From Acetobacterales bacterium (GTDB lineage Bacteria; Pseudomonadota; Alphaproteobacteria; JBBDQX01): a DNA stretch of 64,000 nt. Shown piece after piece: positions 33,003 to 42,528 of this stretch. Below the pieces are notes generated by a model. The model worked only from the letters and a program-made list of their open reading frames with translations. It did not search any database and was not told where the DNA came from. The DNA lies in contig JBBDQX010000007.1 in NCBI GenBank assembly GCA_040905765.1, forward strand, positions 184 to 64,183, written 5' to 3'. The number at the start of each line of letters is the position of its first letter. The first letter of the stretch is position 1. The position numbers and the translations under genes were made by a program.

Positions 33003-33968
33003 ATGTTGACCATTCTGCGCCGGACCCTGCTGGCAATGGCCGCCTGCCTGGCGCTGGCCGTGCTGCCGCTGCGTGCGGAGGCGGCCTACAGGATCGTCGC
33101 CACCATCGGCATGGTAAGCGACATCGCGTCGAACGTGGCCGGCGACCGGGCCGAGGTCGAGGCGCTGATGGGTTCCGGGGTGGACCCCCACCTCTACACG
33201 ACCACCCGCTCCGACATGGCGCGGTTGCTGCGCGCCGACGTGGTCTTCTACAACGGCCTGCTGCTCGAAGGGAAAATGAGCGACGCCCTGATCCGGGTCG
33301 CCACCCGGGGCAAGCCCGTGTTCGCGGTGACAGAACTGCTGGACGAGAAGTTCCTGCTCGCGCCGCCGGAATTTCAGGGCCACCACGACCCGCACGTCTG
33401 GATGGATCCGTCGGCGTGGATCCGGGCCGTGGATGTGGTGCGTGACCGCCTTTCCACCTACGACCCGCCCGGGAAGGACGACTATGCGCGCAATGCCGAG
33501 GCCTACAAGGCGACGCTGCGGGAACTGGATGTCTATGCCGAACGCGTGCTCGGTACGGTGCCGGAATCGTCGCGGGTGCTCGTCACAGCGCATGACGCCT
33601 TCAACTATTTCGGTCGGCGCTACGGCTACGAGGTCGTCGGCATCCAGGGCATGAGCACCGAATCGGAGGCCGGCGTGAAGCAGATCGGGGCGCTGCTCGA
33701 CATGCTGGTCGACCGGAAGATCGGCGCCGTGTTCGTCGAGACGACGGTGTCGGAGCGCAATATCCGCGCCCTTATCGAGGGGGCGGCAGCGCGCGGCCAC
33801 GAGGTGACGGTCGGCGGTTCGCTGTTTTCCGACGCCATGGGCGAACCCGGCACCTACGAGGGCACCTACCTCGGCATGATGGACCACAACGTCACCGCCA
33901 TCGCCCGCGCCCTCGGCGGCAATGCGCCGGCAGGCGGCAGGCGCGGCGAACTGGCGCGGGGGAACTGA
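33003..33968 (+). CDS. metal ABC transporter substrate-binding protein (cluster A-I, TroA/SitA/MntC/ZnuA family)
   Basis: Signal peptide plus the TroA-fold metal-binding His/Asp region (HDPHVWMDP). Confidence 0.9.
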   Translation: MLTILRRTLLAMAACLALAVLPLRAEAAYRIVATIGMVSDIASNVAGDRAEVEALMGSGVDPHLYTTTRSDMARLLRADVVFYNGLLLEGKMSDALIRVATRGKPVFAVTELLDEKFLLAPPEFQGHHDPHVWMDPSAWIRAVDVVRDRLSTYDPPGKDDYARNAEAYKATLRELDVYAERVLGTVPESSRVLVTAHDAFNYFGRRYGYEVVGIQGMSTESEAGVKQIGALLDMLVDRKIGAVFVETTVSERNIRALIEGAAARGHEVTVGGSLFSDAMGEPGTYEGTYLGMMDHNVTAIARALGGNAPAGGRRGELARGN

Positions 33969-33970
33969 GG

Positions 33971-34744
33971 ATGGAGTCCCGTACCGGCTCCGGAGCGCCT
34001 CTGCGCGTCAGCGACCTGACGATTGCCTACCGCGACAAGCCGGTGCTGTGGGAGGTGGACTACACGGCGCCGGCAAGCGGCATGATCGCGGTGGTGGGGC
34101 CCAATGGCGCCGGCAAATCGACGCTGATCAAGGCCTGCCTCGGCCTCGTACCGGCAGCGGCCGGCAGCATCGAGGTGTTCGGGCAGCCGGCCAGGCGGCA
34201 GCGGCGGCTCATCGGCTACCTGCCGCAGCGCGAGTCGGTGGACTGGGATTTCCCCGCGTCGGCGCTGGATGTCGTGACGATGGGCCTGTACGGCCGGATC
34301 GGCTGGCTGCGCCCGGTGCGCAGGCGCCACCGCGAGGAGGCCCTGACCTATCTGGAGAAGGTCAACATGGCCGATTTCGCCGACAGGCAGATCGGTCAGC
34401 TGTCGGGCGGCCAGCAGCAACGCGTGTTCCTCGCGCGCGCGCTGGCGCAGGATGCCCGGCTGTATTTCATGGACGAGCCCTTCGCCGGCGTGGACGCGGC
34501 CACCGAGCGAGCCATCGTGGCCGTGCTGGAGGAGATGGACGCGCAGGGGCGGACGGTGATCTGCGTGCACCACGACCTGGATACGGTACCGAAGTACTTC
34601 CACCATGTGCTGCTGCTGAACAACCGCGTCGTCGCGGCCGGCAGCGTCGGCGAAGCGTTTACCCGCGAGAACCTGCAGAAGACTTACGGCGGAAGGCTAG
34701 CGCTGCTGGAACAGGCCGGCGAGGCGCTGGCACGCAGCGCATGA
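33971..34744 (+). CDS. metal ABC transporter ATP-binding protein
   Basis: Walker A (GPNGAGKST), signature (LSGGQQQRV) and Walker B (LYFMDEPFAGVD). Confidence 0.9.
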   Translation: MESRTGSGAPLRVSDLTIAYRDKPVLWEVDYTAPASGMIAVVGPNGAGKSTLIKACLGLVPAAAGSIEVFGQPARRQRRLIGYLPQRESVDWDFPASALDVVTMGLYGRIGWLRPVRRRHREEALTYLEKVNMADFADRQIGQLSGGQQQRVFLARALAQDARLYFMDEPFAGVDAATERAIVAVLEEMDAQGRTVICVHHDLDTVPKYFHHVLLLNNRVVAAGSVGEAFTRENLQKTYGGRLALLEQAGEALARSA

Positions 34745-36144
34745 ACACCGCCACCTCCCTCGCCACCGTTTCCTACGACTGGCCGCCGCTGCACGAGGTG
34801 CTGGCGGTGCTCACTCTCAATGCCGGGTACAACGCGGCCAGCGTGGTGGTCGGTACGATGCTGCTGGGCATAGCCGCCGGGATGGTCGGCACCTTCGCGC
34901 TGCTGCGCAAGCGGGCGCTGATGAGCGACGCGCTGAGCCATGCGACGCTGCCCGGCATCTGCATGGCCTTCATCGTCGCCGCGGCCATAGGTACCACTGG
35001 CCGAAGCCTGCCGGTGCTGATCGCCGGCGCGGCGGTGAGCGGCATCGTCGGCGTGCTTTTCGCCCAGTTCATCGTCGCCAATTCGCGTCTTCGGCAGGAT
35101 GTCGCGATCGGCGTGGTGCTGAGCGTATTCTTCGGCCTGGGGGTCGTGCTGCTGAGCTACATCCAGACGATGCAGACCGGATCTCAGGGCGGGCTGCATC
35201 ATTTCATCCTGGGTCAGACGGCGGCGCTGAAGCGCAGCGACGCCCTGTTGATGGGCGGCATCGCGCTGCTCGCGCTGCTTGCCACGACGGCTCTGTTCAA
35301 GGAGTTCCGGCTGATCTGCTTCGATGAGGATTTCGCGCGCGTGCAGGACTGGCCGGTCTCGCGGATCGACCTGCTGATGATGACCCTCGTGGTGGTCGTG
35401 ACGGTCGTCGGCCTGCAGGCGGTCGGCCTGCTGCTGATTGTCGCCTTCGTCATCATCCCGCCGACCGCTGCTCGCTTCTGGACCGACCGGCTCGGCGCCA
35501 TGACCCTGCTCGCCGCGGCATTCGGCGGCCTGAGTGGCTATCTGGGTTCCAGTGCCTCCGCCCTGTTCCCGGACCTGCCGACCGGAGCGGTCATCGTGCT
35601 GGTCTCGGGCGCGATCTTCGTCGTCAGCATGTTCCTCGCACCGGGGCGGGGGGTCGTCGCCGATGTCCTCCGGCGCGTCCGCATGCGGACGCGGATGGCG
35701 CAGGAGCATGTGCTGCGCAGCTATTTCGAACTGTTCGAGACAGGCCACTACCGGGACTGGAGGACGTCGCGGGTACCGCGCGAGGCGCTGCTGCTGTACC
35801 GGGACTGGCACCGGCGCGGGCTCGGTCTGCTCCTGCGGCTGATGGCGCTGCGCGGTCTCCTGACGCTGCATGGGGATGAGGTCGCGCTGACCGACAAGGG
35901 GCGGGAGGAGGCGTTCCGGATCACCCGCACCCACCGGCTCTGGGAACAGTACCTGACGACCCACGCCGACCTCGCCCCGGCACAGGTGCACGGACCGGCC
36001 GAACTGGTCGAGCATGTGCTGACGCCACAGATGATCGCCGACCTTGAGGAGCGCCTCGCCGTGGTGGGACGCCGCCCCCGAGCGGACGCCATGCCGCAGA
36101 GCGCGCATCCCCTTCCCGACGCCGGCGAGGGAGCGACGCCATGA
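34741..36144 (+). CDS. ABC-3 family metal permease fused to a C-terminal DtxR/MntR-like repressor domain
   Basis: About 290-aa TM core (ABC-3) followed by about 170 aa with a wHTH-like segment (LRSYFELFETG...LTDKGREEAFRITRTHRLWEQYL) and a DtxR-like dimerisation/metal domain. ATGA overlap with the ATPase gene. Confidence 0.85.
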   Translation: MNTATSLATVSYDWPPLHEVLAVLTLNAGYNAASVVVGTMLLGIAAGMVGTFALLRKRALMSDALSHATLPGICMAFIVAAAIGTTGRSLPVLIAGAAVSGIVGVLFAQFIVANSRLRQDVAIGVVLSVFFGLGVVLLSYIQTMQTGSQGGLHHFILGQTAALKRSDALLMGGIALLALLATTALFKEFRLICFDEDFARVQDWPVSRIDLLMMTLVVVVTVVGLQAVGLLLIVAFVIIPPTAARFWTDRLGAMTLLAAAFGGLSGYLGSSASALFPDLPTGAVIVLVSGAIFVVSMFLAPGRGVVADVLRRVRMRTRMAQEHVLRSYFELFETGHYRDWRTSRVPREALLLYRDWHRRGLGLLLRLMALRGLLTLHGDEVALTDKGREEAFRITRTHRLWEQYLTTHADLAPAQVHGPAELVEHVLTPQMIADLEERLAVVGRRPRADAMPQSAHPLPDAGEGATP

Positions 36145-37121
36145 CCCTCACCGTTCAGGACTTCCTGCAGCTCGACGTGCCGGCGATGCTGGCGGCGTTC
36201 CTGGCCTGCGCCTGCTGCGCCCTGCTCGGCAACTTCCTCGTGCTGCGACGGCAGAGCCTGATGGGCGATGCCATCGCCCACGCGGTGCTGCCGGGCATCA
36301 TCCTCGGCTTCCTGCTGACGGGATCGCGCGCCGTGGTGCCCATCCTGGCCGGCGCGCTCGGCGCAGGCATCGTGGCTGCCGTGCTGATCGAGCTTGTGCG
36401 GCGCCTCGGCCGCGTCGAGCCCGGCGCGGCGATGGGAGTCGTCTTCTCGATCATGTTCGCGCTAGGCGTCGTGCTAATGGAGCAGGCGGCGGCGAGTGCA
36501 GTCGACCTGGATGCCGACTGCATCCTCTACGGCCAACTCGAGGACATTCTCTGGCTCGCGCCGACCGGCTGGTCGTCGCTGCTCGATCCGACGGTGTGGG
36601 CAGACATGCCGCGCGAAGTGGTGACGCTGTTCGTCGTGACGGCATTCTGCGCAGCCATGGTGGCGATGTTCTACAAGGAGCTGAAGATCACGTCCTTCGA
36701 CCCGGATCTGGCGACGACGCTCGGCATATCGGCCAAGCTGTTCCACTACGGCCTGATGACCCTCGTGGCTGCCGCCTGCGTCGCCGCCTTCGAGGCGGTG
36801 GGGTCGATACTGGTCATCGCCATGCTGATCGTCCCGGCATCCATCGCCCGGCTGCTGACCGACCGGCTGGCGGTCCAGATCCGCCTCAGCATCCTCGCCG
36901 CACTGGCCATAGGGCCGGGCGGCTACGTGCTTGCCGCCTTCGGACCATTCTGGATCGGCGGCACCGACTCGCTCAACGCGGCCGGCATGATGGCGACGCT
37001 TTCGGGGGTCCTGCTGGTCGTGACGATCCTGATCGCGCCCCGCTACGGAATGCTGGCGCGGCGGCGACACGCACGCCGGCTATGGGTACAGCCGGCTGAA
37101 GAACCCGAGGGATCGGCCTGA
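36141..37121 (+). CDS. ABC-3 family metal permease (second TM subunit)
   Basis: 326 aa multi-TM ABC-3 protein; ATGA overlap with the preceding permease. Confidence 0.88.
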   Translation: MTLTVQDFLQLDVPAMLAAFLACACCALLGNFLVLRRQSLMGDAIAHAVLPGIILGFLLTGSRAVVPILAGALGAGIVAAVLIELVRRLGRVEPGAAMGVVFSIMFALGVVLMEQAAASAVDLDADCILYGQLEDILWLAPTGWSSLLDPTVWADMPREVVTLFVVTAFCAAMVAMFYKELKITSFDPDLATTLGISAKLFHYGLMTLVAAACVAAFEAVGSILVIAMLIVPASIARLLTDRLAVQIRLSILAALAIGPGGYVLAAFGPFWIGGTDSLNAAGMMATLSGVLLVVTILIAPRYGMLARRRHARRLWVQPAEEPEGSA

Positions 37122-37146
37122 AGGCCGGGCTGTCAGGACCGGGCTT

Positions 37147-37851
37147 TCAGACGCGGGGGGGAGCACCTGCCGCGGCGGCGCGCGCGCCGGCACCCGGCGC
37201 GTCGTACACATAGCCGAGACCGCCCGCCGCGGGACGCGCATTTCGGCACCTGACGATGGTGAACATCTTCAGCGGCGGAACCTTGCGCACCTCCTGCACC
37301 TCGACCTCGGTCGGATCGAGGAAGGACTCGATCTCGAAGTCCGGCCGCCAGCCGAGGTGGCGCGACAGCGGCGCCAGCGCCCGCTCGACGGGCTCCATAA
37401 ATCCGCCTCTGGACAGGAAGTGGTTGACGATCAGCATCTCGCCCCCGTCGACGCACACCCGGCGCATCTCGTCGAGCATGCGGGTGGGGTTCGGCACCAC
37501 CGATGCCGTGTACATCGCGACGACCGCATCGAACGAGTCGTCGGGGAAGTCGAGGCTCTCGGCATCCATCTCGATCAGGTCCTCGACCTGCGTGAGACGC
37601 TGGCGCGCCACGCGGCGCCGGGCCCGCTCCAGCATCTCACCGGAGATGTCTATGCCCACCACCTTCACATCCTTGCGGTAGAGCGGCAGCGACAGGCCGG
37701 TGCCCACCCCGACCTCGAGAATCCGCTGTCCCGGTTGCTGATTCAGGGTCTCGACCGCCAGCCGTCGCCCGGGGCTCGCTACCGCGCCGAAGAGGCTGTC
37801 ATAGGACGACGCGTGTCGCGCATATACCCGTTTGATCGACTCCAGATCCAT
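37147..37851 (-). CDS. class I SAM-dependent methyltransferase (type 11)
   Basis: SAM motif I (ILEVGVGTGLS) and post-I acidic residue (VVGIDIS). Confidence 0.8.
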   Translation of the reverse strand: MDLESIKRVYARHASSYDSLFGAVASPGRRLAVETLNQQPGQRILEVGVGTGLSLPLYRKDVKVVGIDISGEMLERARRRVARQRLTQVEDLIEMDAESLDFPDDSFDAVVAMYTASVVPNPTRMLDEMRRVCVDGGEMLIVNHFLSRGGFMEPVERALAPLSRHLGWRPDFEIESFLDPTEVEVQEVRKVPPLKMFTIVRCRNARPAAGGLGYVYDAPGAGARAAAAGAPPRV

Positions 37852-38015
37852 TCGCTTCCTCTCTGATCATGATGCGGCCGCAGTGTCACCGGATCGTAAC
37901 GAAAAGCGCCATGCATTGGTAGGCTGCCGGGAACTTGCGGAGACGAAAGAGCCACGATTTCATCGCCATATGGGAACAGGCACGTTCCGCGCAACCCGTG
38001 CACAGGCCCGGCGCT

Positions 38016-38594
38016 TCAGGACAGTGCCGCACGCATGCGCGTCTTGAGCACGCCCCCGTCGCGTTCCGGCATGACCAGCGGCGGTGTATCCGCCCCGACC
38101 CGTACCAGGGCGAAGACCGGGCCGTTCCCCGCGACCACAGCCTCGATCGCCTTGTCCACGCCGGGTGTATCCTCGCACGAAAGCACCGTGCGCAGCCCGG
38201 CACCGCGCGCCATCGCAGCAAGATCCGTGCCGCGCGACGTGTGGCTGCGCTGCCCGCCGGTTTCGAGATAGTGGCCGTTGTCGAGCACCAGCAGCGACAG
38301 GTTCTTCGGCGCGAGCACCGAGATGGTGGCGAGACTGCCGAGCGCCATCAGCATCTCCCCGTCGCCGCACAGCGCGACGATACGGCGTTTCGGCTGCGCC
38401 AGCGCCAGGCCGAGCCCCATCATCGCGGCAGCGCCCATGGCGCCCCACAGATAGTAGTTCAGCGGGCTGTCGCCGGCTGCGGCGAGGTCCCAGGTAGGAG
38501 AGCCAAGGGAAGAGACGACCGCCGCGTCGCCGCGGCGTGCGGCCAGCGCGCGAACGACGTCGCGCCGGTCTGGAAGGGAACGTTTGACAGGCAT
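38016..38594 (-). CDS. thiamine-pyrophosphate-binding protein (TPP_enzyme_C domain only; sulfopyruvate/phosphonopyruvate decarboxylase beta-like)
   Basis: TPP-binding GDG motif (VALCGDGEMLMALGSLATI...LDNGHY). No adjacent N-terminal pyrimidine-binding-domain gene. Confidence 0.65.
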   Translation of the reverse strand: MPVKRSLPDRRDVVRALAARRGDAAVVSSLGSPTWDLAAAGDSPLNYYLWGAMGAAAMMGLGLALAQPKRRIVALCGDGEMLMALGSLATISVLAPKNLSLLVLDNGHYLETGGQRSHTSRGTDLAAMARGAGLRTVLSCEDTPGVDKAIEAVVAGNGPVFALVRVGADTPPLVMPERDGGVLKTRMRAALS

Positions 38595-38718
38595 GGTCCG
38601 TTTCGGCGGTGAAGGACAGGCCGGCGAGAATGCCGGCCCTTCGGTGGCCTTTTCAGGTCCGGATGTTATCCTACCTAAAAGGCTCCAAGGGAAGTCAAAC
38701 GAAGTCCTGAGAGGGAGA

Positions 38719-40044
38719 GTGGTCATCGTCTCCAACGTCCAGCAGAAGGTGACGCCTGCGGGTATCGTGCCGGCACGCCAAAGCCTGATCGAGCAGTTCC
38801 GCGTCGTGCGGGGCTGGAGCGAGCGGCTTGCGGAGCCGCTCTCCGCCGAAGACCAGACGATCCAGACCATGCCGGACGTGAGTCCGACGAAATGGCACCT
38901 GGCGCACACGTCGTGGTTCTTCGAGGCCTTCATCCTGAAGCCGCACCAGCCGGACTACCTGCCGCTCGACCCGCGCTTCCACTACCTCTTCAACAGTTAC
39001 TACGAGGCCCTCGGCGAACGGCATCCGCGTCCGCGCCGGGGCTTCATCTCCCGCCCGGGCCGCGACGAGGTGGTGGCCTTCCGGCGCCATATCGACGAGG
39101 CCATGGCAGCACTGGTCGCCGATTGCGACGACCGGACGTTCGAGAGCGTCGCACCGCTGGTGGTGCTCGGCCTGCATCACGAGCAGCAGCATCAGGAACT
39201 CATCCTCACCGACATCAAGCACGTGCTGTCGTGCAACCCGCTATGGCCCGCCTACAAGCAGACGCCACCCGCCGCCACGACCGGGGCCGCGCCGCTGCGC
39301 TGGCACGAGTTCGAGGGAGGGCTGGCCGAGATCGGCAGCGACCGCACCGGTCCGGGCATGGGCTACGACGAGTTCGGCTTCGACAACGAGGGCCCGCGCC
39401 ACAAAGTATGGCTGGAACCGTTCCGTCTTGCGTCCCGGCCGGTCACCAACGGCGAGTTCCTGGAGTTCATCGAGGACGGCGGCTACCGGCGCCACGAGCT
39501 CTGGCTCTCGGACGGCTGGGCCACCGTGAATGCCGAAGGCTGGACGGCGCCGATGTACTGGCAGCGGCGCGACGACGGCGGCTTTGACCACCTCACCCTG
39601 GGTGGCCGCGCGCCCGTCGATCCGGCCGCGCCCGCCTGCCACCTGAGCTTCTATGAGGCGGCGGCCTATGCGAACTGGGCGGGGAAGCGCCTGCCGTCGG
39701 AAGCGGAGTGGGAGGTCGCGGCCGAGGGCATCGAACCCGCCGGCAACCTCTTGGACAGCGGCCACTTCCGGCCCGTGGCTGCAAGCGGCACCGTCGACGG
39801 TCCGGCGCAGCTTTACGGCGACGTCTGGGAATGGACCGGCAGCGCCTATCTCGGCTATCCGGGATTCCGGGCGGCAGCCGGCGCTGTCGGCGAGTACAAT
39901 GGTAAGTTCATGTGCAACCAGTTCGTGCTGCGGGGTGGAAGCTGCGCCACGCCACCCGGGCACATCCGCCGCAGCTACCGCAATTTCTTCCCACCGAATG
40001 CGCGCTGGCAGTTCTCCGGCCTGCGGCTCGCCGACGATGCCTGA
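38719..40044 (+). CDS. egtB: ergothioneine biosynthesis sulfoxide synthase
   Basis: DinB_2 N-domain (HLAHTSWFFE) plus FGE-sulfatase C-domain (GDVWEWT). GTG start is uncertain. The track start overlaps the divergent TPP gene. Confidence 0.85.
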   Translation: MVIVSNVQQKVTPAGIVPARQSLIEQFRVVRGWSERLAEPLSAEDQTIQTMPDVSPTKWHLAHTSWFFEAFILKPHQPDYLPLDPRFHYLFNSYYEALGERHPRPRRGFISRPGRDEVVAFRRHIDEAMAALVADCDDRTFESVAPLVVLGLHHEQQHQELILTDIKHVLSCNPLWPAYKQTPPAATTGAAPLRWHEFEGGLAEIGSDRTGPGMGYDEFGFDNEGPRHKVWLEPFRLASRPVTNGEFLEFIEDGGYRRHELWLSDGWATVNAEGWTAPMYWQRRDDGGFDHLTLGGRAPVDPAAPACHLSFYEAAAYANWAGKRLPSEAEWEVAAEGIEPAGNLLDSGHFRPVAASGTVDGPAQLYGDVWEWTGSAYLGYPGFRAAAGAVGEYNGKFMCNQFVLRGGSCATPPGHIRRSYRNFFPPNARWQFSGLRLADDA

Positions 40045-41038
40045 CGAAGTCCGCGCCGCGAAGGAGAATGGCGGTCGCGGCCGTCTGTCGCAATTCGTCG
40101 ACCTCGAACCGGCGACGGAAAGCTTCCGTGACGCCGTGATCGAGGGACTTTCGCAACGGCAGAAGTCGGTTCCGAGCAAGTTCCTTTACGACGCGGAGGG
40201 CTCGCGCCTTTTCGACGAGATCTGCGCGGTGGAGGAGTACTATCCGACGCGCACGGAGCTGGCCCTGTTGCGCGCGCGCGCGGGCGAGATCGCCGACCTG
40301 GCCGGACGCGACACGGTGCTCGTGGAGTACGGCAGCGGCGCCAGCGTCAAGGTGCGCATCCTGCTCGATGCGCTGAGCGAGCCGGCGGGGTACGTGGCGA
40401 TAGACATATCCGGCGAGCACCTCCGACAGGCCGCGTCGGCGGTAGCGGCCGATTATCCGGACCTGGAGGTCTCGGCGGTCTGTGCCGACTACACGAGCGA
40501 CTTCGAACTGCCGAGCACGGCCAACGGCGATACGCGTCTCGGCTTCTTCCCTGGCTCGACGATCGGCAATTTCACACCCGCCGCCGCGGTCGATTTCCTG
40601 CGCCATGCCGCCGCAACCCTGGGTTCCGGGGGCGCGCTGGTGATCGGAGCTGACCTCAAGAAGGATCCAGACATCCTCAAGGCAGCCTACAACGATGCCG
40701 CCGGCGTCACGGCCGAGTTCAACCTCAACCTGCTGACGCGCATCAATCGCGAACTCGGCGGAACCTTCGACGTGGAGGCGTTCAGCCACGACGCGGTCTG
40801 GAACAGCCGGATGAGCCGGATCGAAATGCATCTTCGAAGCCGCCGCACCCAGGCTGTCGAAGTCGACGGCACGCCGTTCCGGTTCGCGGAGGGCGAAACC
40901 ATCCATACGGAGAATTCGTACAAGTTCGATATCGTCCAGTTCCGCCACATGGCGGGCGAGGCCGGCTTCCGGCCGGAGCGCACCTGGACCGACCGCGAGG
41001 GGCTGTTCAGCGTTCACTACCTGGCGGTCGCGGCCTGA
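40037..41038 (+). CDS. egtD: L-histidine N-alpha-methyltransferase
   Basis: EgtD family (VEYGSGASVKVRILLDAL...); start overlaps egtB by 8 nt. Confidence 0.9.
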   Translation: MPDEVRAAKENGGRGRLSQFVDLEPATESFRDAVIEGLSQRQKSVPSKFLYDAEGSRLFDEICAVEEYYPTRTELALLRARAGEIADLAGRDTVLVEYGSGASVKVRILLDALSEPAGYVAIDISGEHLRQAASAVAADYPDLEVSAVCADYTSDFELPSTANGDTRLGFFPGSTIGNFTPAAAVDFLRHAAATLGSGGALVIGADLKKDPDILKAAYNDAAGVTAEFNLNLLTRINRELGGTFDVEAFSHDAVWNSRMSRIEMHLRSRRTQAVEVDGTPFRFAEGETIHTENSYKFDIVQFRHMAGEAGFRPERTWTDREGLFSVHYLAVAA

Positions 41039-41133
41039 CCGGGGACCACGCTCTCTCCTATTCGTGAATTTACCGTGTCCCGGGCTTCTGCAAGCCTTGC
41101 CGGGCTGACAGGGGCTTATCCGGAGAACGGTCG

Positions 41134-42528
41134 ATGGACTATCTGATGCTCGGCGCGCTGGCCGTGCTGGCAGCGGGGTCGTTCCTGCTTTCGCCGCGCG
41201 TGCGCCACGTCGACGCGTTCTTCAAGGGCTGGTCCGACGAGGGCGCGCAGCCGAGCCTGCTGACACTCACGTTCTCGCAGGTCACCACATGGATCTTCGC
41301 CCGGTCGCTGCTGACCGCGGCGATACTCGGCTACTACTACGGCATCGCCGGCAGCCTGGCCTATGCGGCATACTACCTGTCGTTCTTCACCGGCGGCGCG
41401 CTCATCGCCGCGATCCGGTTCCGTCACGGCTTCGAGAGCGTGCAGGCCTTCCTCGCCGACCGCTTCGGGGCGCGCAGCGTGTGGTGCTACAACCTCGTCG
41501 TCAGCCTGCGTCTGCTCAGCGAGGTGTTCGCCAACCTTCTCGTGGTCGGCATCATCTTCGGCGCTGCCGGCACGATGGCCTACGCGGCGGCGATCACGGT
41601 GGCCGCCCTCGTTACCCTCGGCTATTCGATGCTCGGCGGCCTGCACGCCTCGCTGCGCACCGACATGTTCCAGATGGCGGCCTTCCTGGTGCTGCTCGCC
41701 GTCGTGCTGGGCTACCTCGTCGGCGCGGAGAACTGGTCGGTGGCGGCGACGGCGACCAGCAGCCCGCTGGTGCTGGAACATGGCTGGAACCTGCTGCTGG
41801 TCGCCCTGCTGCAGGTATGGAGCTATCCGCTCCACGATCCGGTGATGATGGACCGCGGCTTCATCGCCGATCGGCGCACGACGCTGCACAGCTTCTGGCA
41901 CGCGGGGTGGATCAGCATCCTCTGCATCCTCGCCTTCTCGCTGCTCGGCGTATACGCCGGGCTGCAGGCGGCGAAGGGCGAGGACATGATGGTGGTCCTG
42001 ACGCGGCTGCTCGGGCCGGAAGCGATGCTGTTCGTCAATCTGGCGCTGATCGTCTCCGCCGTCTCGACTCTCGACTCCACGCTGTCGAGTTCGGCGAAGC
42101 TGGCCGTCGTGGACATGGGCGCGGCGGAGCGGACGGTGGCCAACGGGCGCAAGGCGATGGCGCTGTTCATGCTCGGCGGCCTTGCCTTCCTTTTCGGCGG
42201 CAGCGAGGACCTGTACAGCGCGGTGGCGATCAGCGGCACGGCGTCGATGTACCTGACGCCAATCATCTTCTTCTCGATCTGGGGTGGCGTCCGCGACATC
42301 CCCTTCTGGTGCTACCTTACCTCCTTCGTGGTCGCGGTCGCCGGCGCGGTGCTTTACTACGTCGAAGCGGGCGGGCACTGGAGCATCATCGAACCGCTGC
42401 TCGGCATCACCGTGAAATACAACAAGCTGCTGGCGATCTCGGTGACGGTGCTGGTCATCGGCAACGGCGCCTTCCTGCTCGGCATGCTGCAGCAGCGCGC
42501 CCGCCCGGGCTCGCCCGCCGCGGCGTGA
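41134..42528 (+). CDS. sodium:solute symporter (SSS) family transporter
   Basis: 464 aa with about 13 TM helices and SSS-like topology, immediately downstream of egtBD. Confidence 0.78.
   Translation: MDYLMLGALAVLAAGSFLLSPRVRHVDAFFKGWSDEGAQPSLLTLTFSQVTTWIFARSLLTAAILGYYYGIAGSLAYAAYYLSFFTGGALIAAIRFRHGFESVQAFLADRFGARSVWCYNLVVSLRLLSEVFANLLVVGIIFGAAGTMAYAAAITVAALVTLGYSMLGGLHASLRTDMFQMAAFLVLLAVVLGYLVGAENWSVAATATSSPLVLEHGWNLLLVALLQVWSYPLHDPVMMDRGFIADRRTTLHSFWHAGWISILCILAFSLLGVYAGLQAAKGEDMMVVLTRLLGPEAMLFVNLALIVSAVSTLDSTLSSSAKLAVVDMGAAERTVANGRKAMALFMLGGLAFLFGGSEDLYSAVAISGTASMYLTPIIFFSIWGGVRDIPFWCYLTSFVVAVAGAVLYYVEAGGHWSIIEPLLGITVKYNKLLAISVTVLVIGNGAFLLGMLQQRARPGSPAAA

Noticed and set aside
33922-36144. 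740-aa track ORF spanning the ATPase and permease genes
   Set aside because: The first roughly 270 codons are an out-of-frame read through the SBP and ATPase genes. The real permease-DtxR fusion starts at the ATG 34741 (ATGA overlap with the ATPase stop).
38595-38718. GGCCGGC-gagaat-GCCGGCC hairpin in the TPP-gene/egtB divergent intergenic region
   Set aside because: No adjacent U-run on either strand. It could be a regulator site or incidental GC-rich inverted repeat; insufficient evidence.
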